From NCBI RefSeq assembly GCF_037042905.1, contig NC_087245.1:28026001-28090000 (forward strand): DNA of 64,000 bases, in the 5' to 3' direction. The notes under the pieces were generated by a model. The model ran no database searches. It was not told where the DNA came from and worked only from the letters and a program-made list of their open reading frames with translations. The stretch comes from Lytechinus pictus (Eukaryota). Positions 54,350-64,000 of the stretch are shown in pieces. The number at the start of each line of letters is the position of its first letter. Positions within the stretch are counted from its first letter, which is position 1. Position numbers and translations under genes: made by a program.

Positions 54350-54604
54350 ATGTGTATATGAAAATCATTCCATTCTGTTTTGCCTTTTAAACTCCCAAAT
54401 GATGTTTTATTGCAGAATCGATAAATGCTTTAGCCTTTCTTTGTATTTTTCAATAATTTGTGAATCTGAAGGTTATTCATAGCTCTGAAAGAGACTCTTT
54501 TATCATTGTGAAGACTGAATGTTTTAGTCCAACACCTAATACTGCTTGATTAATGATGCATGTAAGTAAGTTGACTGATGACTATGTGTCTTTTTATACC
54601 TAAG

Positions 54605-54884
54605 ACTATGTTGGAGATTGTAGCATCAGTTGTATAGAGGGCCAAGGTACCTATTCTGACCCTATGGATGGGTTAGGAGGAGAGGGAGCCCTCCAACCAT
54701 TCTTGCAGTGCCTTACGCCCCAAAACGAAACGTCAGATGGAATTGCCTGGTTTGGTTACAGGAACCTGAATACTCACAATGTGTACCTTCCAATTGGTCC
54801 TGCCAATCACTTTGATTTTGATGATTATGGTGGTCAACCCACCAAGTTCAAACCAGGTCTCCACTACAGCTCCGTACGAATTAC
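54605..54884 (+). CDS. Exon 27: start of a non-EGF beta domain
   Basis: cctaag|(N)YVGDCSISC...LQPFLQCL...AWFGYRN...GQPTKFKPG...VRI AC|gtaagt. Confidence 0.87.
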
Positions 54885-55453
54885 GTAAGTCTACAACACT
54901 TAGGTTCATTATGAAGTGCAGTCTTTGAATGTTTTTGAAAGGTATTAATTTTTTGTCCATTTCGCACATCCGAATAGTTTTTTTTTAACTTTGCCTTTAA
55001 ATAGGGTTTGGTAATAATTTTACCAAGCACAATTTTTGCTATCTCAAATATATCCACAAATTTTGAAAGTTGATTACATTTTTTCATAACCATTTCTCAT
55101 GTGTCATCTACAGACATCTGCTTAGTTGTGGGAATAATGCTTGAGATTATTATATATTGCCTGCTTGAGGTCACCGTCTTGCACAAATCTTTCTTGATGC
55201 TGTGTAAATTATGATGTTTATAAGTATAATCCTTACAGAAAAATATTTTTTATTGAGTTATGTATAGTCACCTGAATTAAAATGAAAATTAATTTTCTTT
55301 TTTTTTGTATTTCATTTTATGATGCTGGTTATTTCAGATTATTTTCAGGTATTTATTGATGAATGAAATGATAACTAATGATCATTTGTGCTCTTGTTTA
55401 AGTAGTTATGACGGTAAGTCTGAAAATAAAAAGTTTATGGTACTTGGTGATCA

Positions 55454-55697
55454 TTTCAAACAGGGTCGCAGGTTTGAATCCTAGCCATGGCATGTTTTCC
55501 TTCAGCAAGAAATTTATCCACACCGTGCTGTACTTGACTCAGTTGAGGTGAATGGGTACCCGGAAAGGTAGCTGTGCCAAAGCTGGGGTAATAATAATAT
55601 TATCATGTTAAGCAGGGTCCGCTGGTAGAACAGTTTTCAGAACTGAAGTGGCTACCCTGGGTAAATTATGACATTATTATTAGTATTATTATTATTA
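55454..55697 (+). mobile_element. 5'-truncated SINE of the same family as 22318-22594, with a different 3' tail
   Basis: Shares gaatc.tagccatggc...ttccttcagcaagaaatttatccacac...gaggtgaatgggtacccgg...aaagc.ggggtaata with the first copy, then has unrelated sequence and (tta)n. Confidence 0.75.
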
Positions 55698-55748
55698 TCT
55701 CTATAATTTATTCATAATGTATCAATTATTGTTTGCCACTCCTTTCAG

Positions 55749-55878
55749 GTTCAATGACAAGGTATCAGCAACATGGTTCCTGTCTTATAGTCCTTCAAAC
55801 AGTCAATTCAGAGAGACTGCTTCAGAGGCCAACAGCACTGTCCGTCTATGCACATCACGGGATGAAGAGATAGCTCTT
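55749..55878 (+). CDS. Exon 28
   Basis: tttcag|G FNDKVSATWFLS...ASEANSTVRLC...IAL|gtaagt. Confidence 0.87.
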
Positions 55879-56150
55879 GTAAGTTTGGTGCTCAACGCAA
55901 TTCTCTAAATTCCATAGAGTAATTCACAGAATAAATTCCGCAGAATAATCTTCCACATAAAATTCATCTTTGTGTTCATCCACTCCCTATTTCCATGAGC
56001 TGTTAAAGCAATGATAATATAAGAGCATAATACTATGGCCTTTTTACAAGAAACAGAAATTATTACAGGAAGGCACCTCATGAAGGGATCTTGATGTACA
56101 TTCAATATATTATGGAATTGAACAAATGATATTTAATTATTTGTTTTTAA

Positions 56151-56725
56151 AGGAGAATGAAACCCTTGAAACCAGCTGAATCCATATCAAAGAGAAAAAT
56201 CAAAGAAACATATTGTTGAAAGTTTGAGGAAGATTGAATGAATAATAAGAAAGTTATGAGCATTTGAATATTGAGATCACTAATGCCATGTAGATCCTCC
56301 CATAGGCAATGTGACCAAGATCTGTGATGTACAACTCCCTCATTACTTTAGTACTTATTTCACTTATATTCTCACTTTTATAGCGTCTATCACAAGGTGA
56401 GGTGTTCTCTTTATGAGAGGACAAGTACAAATGTTTCACAACATTAGATCATTGATGATTCGTTTGTCATATGATTAGAATGAGCAAAAAGAGATGTTTT
56501 GGGGTATATTTTCAGTGTCCAAAAGGGGAGAGTTGTTCATCTGTGACATCATAGATCTTGGTCGCATTGCCAATGGGAGGATCTCCATAGCATTAGTGAT
56601 CTCGACATTCAAATGCTCATAACTCTTCTATTGCTAGTCCTATTTTACTCAAACTTTTGTTGATCTTATTCTTTGATTTTTCTGCTTTCACAAAACCTAA
56701 CTTGCTCCAAGAGTTTCATTCTCCT
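56151..56725. mobile_element. 575-bp MITE with TTAA target site (Kolobok- or piggyBac-type)
   Basis: TTAA|AGGAGAATGAAAC ... GTTTCATTCTCCT|TTAA; long inner inverted arms (gttatgagcatttgaat...gagatcactaatgc versus gcattagtgatctc...attcaaatgctcataac). Confidence 0.82.
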
Positions 56726-57177
56726 TTAAGTAACAGTAAAGAACATAAATATGATATACAGTGTAGTTTCCACTAAGGCATTTGTGTTTTATTAACAAAT
56801 CCCATCAATTAGCTGTCAGAAATATTTAGTTTGTATGTTTACTTCTTCGCCCACAATGTTGATTCTAATATACATGTCTTACTATGTTTTCATGGTTTAA
56901 CTTTTAGGATTTTCTTTAATTGCAACACTAGCTTTGGATTTATTTGATCTGTTACACTTGAAAAATAAACTATTGAAGATAATTTACAGTTCTCTAAAGA
57001 TGGTTGACATTGCTTGGCATTAGTCTCAAATAAATGGAATATTAAATAATGCCTTGTGTGCATCATATAGTTCTTGGTGTGTCAAGAACAACTTTCTATT
57101 AGATTCCTGATTGATCATAATGTAATAATCTTTATTTATTGCCATTGCCCATGAACTTTATATTCATCTCTCAACAG

Positions 57178-60100
57178 GAGAATCAGCTGGAATCAGCCAA
57201 TGACAGCCACTGCATTTGCAACCATGGGTATTGGGGCCCAGCTTGCCAGAATGAGTGCATTGGGGGATCAGACAATCCTTGCTTTGGTAATGGCATCTGC
57301 AATTCAAACTCCGGACTGTGTCATTGTGAAGATTCTGTCGATCAAATGTCAGCTAACTGTACCTTGTGTTCAGAGGGAAGATTTGGAATAGATTGCTCCG
57401 TGGCATCAAGTAGCCTCATAGAAGATGTGAATGGGATGCGGTATGCAGCTGCATATGGCCCGGGGCACTTCACAACATTTGATGGATCGTCTTATACTTA
57501 CCGGGGAGAGGGAGAGCATTACTTGATCAACAGTTCCATTGAGCTACAAGTTAGACTTGTGCCCTGTAGACAAGGGAAACCAGCAACTTGTATCAACGCA
57601 GTGGCATTCTCTGCAGGAAATGGAAGAATCGTTGCCATCCATGGTGGTTACACGGATAATGATGTCCAGTTCGTGACTTGGATTGATGGAGAAGAGCAAA
57701 GTATCGATTCGGACCTGCTTGGCAACGGCTTTTTGATCACCCGCCTTTCTTACGACCATTTCTTGATTTCCAAAGATGACTTCATGGACATCAGTGTATA
57801 CATCAGAGGGCGCTATATCAGTGTATTTGTCAAAACCACTGGTGCTGCATGTAGCGAACTGCATGGACTCCTGAGTTCATGCAATGGAAATCCATATGAT
57901 GACTTTGTCCTATCTAATGGAAACCACCTTTACTTAGACAGGATCAGTTCATATTCCTTGAGTCAAGACAGCATTCATCATATATTCGGACCCTCTTGGA
58001 AAGTTAGAGATTCTTCACTTCTGTCATCAATCTACCTGCATGGCAATTATCAACAAGTATACGATATTGAGGGTTCAGATGCTGGATATGCCATGTTTTT
58101 CGAGGATTCCTCCTTGAAATCAACCTCCCCTATCAATTCATTTACAGGACCTGATGTCACATTTGAACTGGATTTGAAGCTTGCTGAAGTGTCTCAAGAG
58201 TGCAAGGCTGTTTTCTCCTACTATCTGTCGGATACATCAGGACTGCTGTTGTGTGATGGTTATCTTACAATTTCAGTTGAAACCAGTCAAGTTGCTACTT
58301 TCAATATCAAGCTTGAGGTTGATACATGGTATCAGATCTCTATTCTTTGGCTTCAGTCTGTTAAAAGGCTTCAGGTGTATGCCATATCAGACTCCACTTT
58401 CCAATCTGATGTTTTTGTTGTTGATGGAAGCCTATCCAACTTCCTTGATCCCGGTGGAATCTTAGTGTTTGGTCAGTGGCAGCTGCCGTCAGGTTACTCC
58501 GGGCCATTTCTGTACAGAGGCTTCTCAGGTTGGCTCGATGAAATTAAGATCTGGAACTCTTACTATTTTGAGAATGATGTGAGATCACATTATGGTGTTA
58601 CTGCTGATATGTCAGATTCTGCTCTATCTAGTTACTTTGTACTGAACGAAGGTCAAGGGTCAGTGATTAAGGATTCAAAGTCGATCATGACGTTAATGAT
58701 ACTTCCAGAAATATGGAATCCCCCAAGGTGGCAGTTCTCCTCTGCTACTGTACATAGATCCACTGTGGCAACATTAAGAAGTATTTATTATCCTTCTTGG
58801 TCTAATCAATTAGCCCATGACGAGGCAGCAGTCTTGTGCTCTAGGATAATAAGTGATACTCCTCTATCACCATTTAGTGTTTGTTCAGATCTAGAAATGG
58901 TAGAATACTATGCATATCTTTGTTCCGCAGATTCTGCACTACACGATACATCATCATATTCTATGGAAGTTATCCTTGCATACTCCCAACATTGCAGATC
59001 TATTCTCAACTTAATGCAGTCTCCTGAACAGTCATATTGCAATGACTTTCCAGGGAGACGCTTTCCTGATTGGACAGGTCCAGGATGCAATATTCCGTGT
59101 AAGTCTGGAGTTGGTCCTAGCTCCTGTTCCTGCTATAGTGGATATTGGGGTGAAGCATGTGAGCACAGCTGCCCAGGAGGTGATGGATCTCTTGCTTGTG
59201 GTGGTGTGGGTGTTTGTCTATCAGATAATGGTACGTGTGACTGCCCTCTATCCTTTGATTCATCCTCGGATTGTTCCTCATGCACTCCTGGGTGGTCTGG
59301 GCTGGATTGCTCTGTGACTACTGTCAATAGTACAAACATACTCCAGCCCGTCTGTGCAATGTTTGGCTTTGGGCATATAATAACCTTTGATGGACTTTCA
59401 TTGTCACTAGATATTCCTGGTGAATACCAATTAGCCAGTGTTGGCGACATTGATGTCTATATCAGACACACACCATCTCCATGGTTTGACCTATCATGCA
59501 GCATAACCTCAGTTTGGTTGAAGCTCTCAGACACCAGCTTAACCTTTCAGGCTTCTTTTTCAGATGAAGGTTCTGTGAGGGTGTATTTGGATGATGATCT
59601 CTTAACTCCATCCGGAGACATGACACTTCCTTCTGGTCACATCCTCCTGATATCCTATGATGGCTATATAGTACATGATAACCAGACTACTGTGGCTATC
59701 ATCAGTCATCTGACATATTTTGACATCCAGGTGACCACACGATTTGAGATTTGCAGGAACTCATCCAGACCCTTGATCAGTGGAAACTGTGACAGTGACC
59801 CATCCAATGACCTTCGCATCAGTAAGGATGAATTCATAGATCCAGTAGATATAACTTATGAGAAGGTAAATGGGCCTTGGGCAAAATACATCAGACTAGC
59901 TCCAGAAAGTTCAACCAAGTTTGTCTACCACCATCCTAATCGTATAGATGCACAAGATTTGACTCCAGGCGGTTATGGCTTATACTTCAATGACTCAAGC
60001 TGCATTAGCGATCAACTCCAGGATGATATTTTCAGTGTAGAAGAAGATATGACTATTGAACTCCTCTTCTTTCCTATTGGTTCTACCTCTGGTTGCTTAT

Positions 60101-63100
60101 TTTCTTATCTCAATGGAAACTCTTTCTTTGCTTTAACTATCGATATAACTCTTCAAATCTATGTCTCTACTTCTTTGAACATTGACACAGGAATTATCAT
60201 TCACCCAGATCATTGGAACTTTTTATCCTTTGTTTATCACAGAGAGAGTGGAGGATGTACAATTGTTTATGTAGGTAAGAACACTATAAGTGGATGGTCA
60301 TTTATTGTAGGAAGGGGATACTTCTTTCCAGGAGGCAGTGTAGCAGTAGGTACCTGGCAAAGTTCAGATTATGAATATCCATATGAAACTGGATATCATG
60401 GTTACATAGATGAACTACGTATTTGGAAGAGAAATTTTGACATCACAACAACGTGGAGTAATACAAATCTTAACATTCAGGCTGGTATTCCTGGGCTTGT
60501 TGCTCTGTGGAAGTTTGATGAAGGAAATGGAGTAAAAGCAGTAGACATTGTAAGCCTCACCCAACTCCAGTTTTCAAGTGATAGAGGACCTTTCTTTGCT
60601 CTATGTGGTGCACCAATAGATTCAATTCCAAAATCATTTCACTACTTTGAAGTTTACGACAGATACCCAAGTTCAGAGTCAAGAAAAGAAGCATTGGACA
60701 TTTGTACTGAGGTAGTTTTAGATAAATACTTGATTGATGGATGCAGTCAGTTGGGTAGATCTGTTTCTTTGTTTTTCCTGCAGAATTGTTTCTATGACTC
60801 CTCACATATGTCAGATAATCAACTTGCATATGTGAATGCTCGTATCTACTCAGCTTACTGTGGATCAGTTCTCGATCTGGAAGTGTCACCAAAGATGGAA
60901 TTATGCGATAAAGCTCGTGGAAACCCAGATGTTTTCCTTGCGCTTGGATGCACTGATATTGGTTCTTGCAAGTTTGGGTATTTTGATGTTGCTACAGCAG
61001 AGTGTGTTTGCCTAGAAGGCTACTGGGGTTCATACTGTTCAAATATCTGTCCTGGTGGACATGAAAACCCATGTAACAGGAAAGGGTACTGTGATAAATA
61101 CACAGGAGTCTGTCATTGTCCATTGACATGGTCATCAGAGAGTAACTGTACAAAATGTGAAAGTGCATGGTCTGGGGAAAACTGTGATGTTGCACTGCCT
61201 GTGCCAGATATTGAAACTAACAATAAAACCTGTGGTGTTTTTGGCCAGGGTCACATCTTGAACTTTGATGGTGCATATTTTGATTTTAAGGAGTTTGGGG
61301 AGTATGTGCTACTGTTTGACAAAGATTCTTCTTTCTCTATTCAAGCACGAATCATTCCTTGCTACAATTTTTCATCCTGTGTCTCGGCAGTAGCTGTGTC
61401 CAATAGCTCGCATACATTCATCATTCGATCAGGATATACATCTCAAAGCAAACCACTCTTCTGGTTTGCTGGAGAGCAGATAGAGCTGAATAATTTAGAA
61501 GAAACTGTTGGACATGTTGTTGTGAGACATATGTCGAATTTTGAATACCACCTGATAGCTCTTGACCAAACCTGGACAGCCCAGATACGTATCGTTGACC
61601 GTTATCTCAACATCTTAATAAATATGGCAAGAGAATGTACTGCATTATCAGGTATCTGTGGGTCTTGTGATAACAATGTAACAAACGACATCTTCCCAGT
61701 CCATGAAGGAAAGCTGCTCTGGCAGAATCGTGGAAGATCATTGTTTTCGCCCTTGTTTGAGTCAACTTCATATAATGAATTAGAAGTCAGTGTTGGAAGT
61801 GGTTATACTTTAACCTTTGATGACACATTCCTTCAGTCAGAAAATCTGGATCTTGATTTACAGGGGTCAGTTTCATTTGAGCTCTACTTTCGAACCAAAA
61901 CTAACCATGGTGTTCTAATGTCCTTTGGAGCAAGACGTACCTTCTCCATGTACCTAGATACGACACTACAGATTATTGTTGGCACAGCTCATTTTGATAC
62001 AAATGTAGTTCCTTTCATAGACTGGAACCATCTTGTTTTAGTAATTAAGCCTTCCGATCAACAAGATGTATTTTCACTAAGATTGGCATTGATTGATTCT
62101 GATGGTCTCACCAAAACTTGGGAAATAACCATTACTGAAAATATCTTTGTCTCAAGCTTCTATATTGTCTTTGGTCAATGGCTGCCAGGTGAGGATACTT
62201 ACATTCCATCCCCTGTATCTCGTCCATTCCGTGGTTCCATTGACGAGTTTTACATCTGGAAGAAGGAGCTTTTGGTAACAGAGGTTCTTGCAAGATTGGG
62301 CAGTAGTGTACTTCCTGGCCCAGCAGACCTTGTGGCTCTCTGGAAGTTTGATGAAGGTCAAGGGAACACGGCAACAGATTTGGTTAACCAAAAACAGTTC
62401 ATGATAAGGCAGTACTCATGGAATGTAAGAACGCCCATATGGCAGTTTTCATCAGCTCCTATCAGCTTGTACTCTCCAACATATATTTTGCATAATCCTT
62501 CTGAGTGGTTTCAGTCCTGTGTGGAATTGTTTGCGACGATCAGTTCCACTTGTCATTCCGTCTCAGATCAGATAGATGTTTATCTAGTTGCATGTGCAAG
62601 GGACTATGCTTTGTCCAATTCTGAGTATGCAAGACTTGGGGTACTCCTTTCGTATGCAGACGTATGCCATCTGAATTCAGAATCTACACTGAGTTGGCCT
62701 GCACAGGATCTTTGCAATTCCTTTGATGTTTATTTTCCTCTTTGGTATGGACCATCTTGTGAATCAAAGTGTTACTTCTCATTAGACACTGATTCACCAA
62801 TATCAAACTGCACATGTTCTCCGGGAACTTGGGGAATTGAATGTGATTCATCCTGTGTAGGAGGTGTGGGGTCACATTGCAATGGCCATGGCACATGTTC
62901 TCCTGCTAGTGGATCTTGTCAATGTGAGTCTAACTGGATGGGCAGCAGTTGCGATGTGTGTAGTCAAGGATGGTTCGGAAGTGACTGTTCCCTAACCGCC
63001 AGTAGAACCCCTGACATACCTCTGTCAAGGTGCTCCATGTACATCAATGGACATATCACTATGTTTGATGGTTCTGTCTTTGAATTTTCAGATACCAGTG

Positions 63101-64000
63101 ATATGGTTTTCTTCTCTTCCTCAGATATTGAGATTCAAATAAGGCAGATTCCTTGCAACGGTTTGCCATCATGCATCACAGCAGTATCATTTGCCACTGG
63201 CACAAGTCACATGCTTTTATCTGCTCCTCATTTGCAACAATCGGATCCAGTCATCTTGCTGAACAATGTCACACTGCCATTGGAAACTGAGCTATTTGTG
63301 GGATCTACTGGTTTTTCTCTTATCAGGGTTGCGGTTGGTCACTTTGAAATAAATGGACCAAATAACTTTAAGTTCAAGATATTAAGTCCCGGAGCTTACT
63401 TCAATTTAGAGGTTTTACAAACAAATTGCATCTTCTCTTCTGGACTTTGTGGTCCCTGTCAAGTAATGGCCACATCATGTGGTGATTCTCAAGCTCTGTG
63501 TGCAATCAATAATCTCGGCTTTGTTGCTTATGCATCACTCTACCCATTAAGCTTTTCATTATCACAACAATACGGTGCCAGCTATGTGAGATATGGACCT
63601 TCAAGTTTAATATATACACAGCTGTTGGCAGCATCTCAAGCTACCTATATCCCAGTCTTTGGGAGCCCTTCAGGTTATGCCTTACAGTTCTATGAAGACG
63701 GAATCATGAGTGATCCACTACCAAGTTTTTTCTCTGCTGGACGAACCACCACACTTCAATGGTATTGCAAATTCACAGATATTCCTGGGGGTACCTTGTT
63801 TTCTGCTTCAGAGAGCAAATCATTAGCGGTAACAGTAGGAGATGATGGTAACTTCTGGATTCATGCAGGATTCGAGTCCCAAACAACAGGCATCATTGCT
63901 CCACAGAATGACTGGTTATTTATCATGGTATCATACTCCTCAGATGATGGACAGATTGTCTTCTATTGCGTCAAGTCATCTGGTGCAGTGTATAAAGCTT
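57178..64000 (+). CDS. Exon 29 (>6.8 kb, runs off the window): at least 4 EGF-VWD-LamG/pentraxin-C8-like units
   Basis: caacag|ENQLES...; I translated all 2274 codons and found no stop. VWD starts: GPGHFTTFDG, GFGHIITFDG, GQGHILNFDG, INGHITMFDG. LamG motifs: FSGWLDEIKIWN, YHGYIDELRIWK, FRGSIDEFYIWK. Confidence 0.92.

Larger units (their letters stand above)
4342..64000 (+). other. Giant multi-exon gene (29 exons in window, partial at both ends) for a >10,200-aa extracellular Gly-rich-repeat/EGF/VWD/LamG protein
   Basis: All 28 introns are GT-AG with matching phases (18 phase 1, 7 phase 0, 3 phase 2). Repeat motifs read continuously across junctions. Abundant NxS/T sequons and disulfide-rich modules. 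Confidence 0.9.

Overview
This is eukaryotic, animal-type DNA; the repeat families look sea-urchin-like, but that is an impression only. Nearly the whole window is one + strand spliced gene that is open at both ends. I assembled by hand 29 GT-AG exons with consistent phase from 4342 to 64000: 30,625 coding nt, at least 10,208 aa, no internal stop. The protein runs as follows: about 15 copies of a ~400-aa Gly-rich/beta-strand repeat; roughly 50-55 tenascin-type EGF modules in 4-EGF super-repeats; a short bacterial-looking beta domain; then at least 4 copies of a ~600-636-aa EGF-VWD-LamG/pentraxin-C8-like unit. That last part sits in a >6.8-kb exon the ORF track misses. The introns hold a decayed DIRS-type retroelement, an 8.8-kb hAT-like element with an exact 8-bp TSD and no transposase, two SINEs with different tails, a Helentron/HINE-like element with a DR1-rich tandem array, several MITEs and many TACATGTA footprint-like motifs. 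Domain names come from motifs read by eye, not from database searches.
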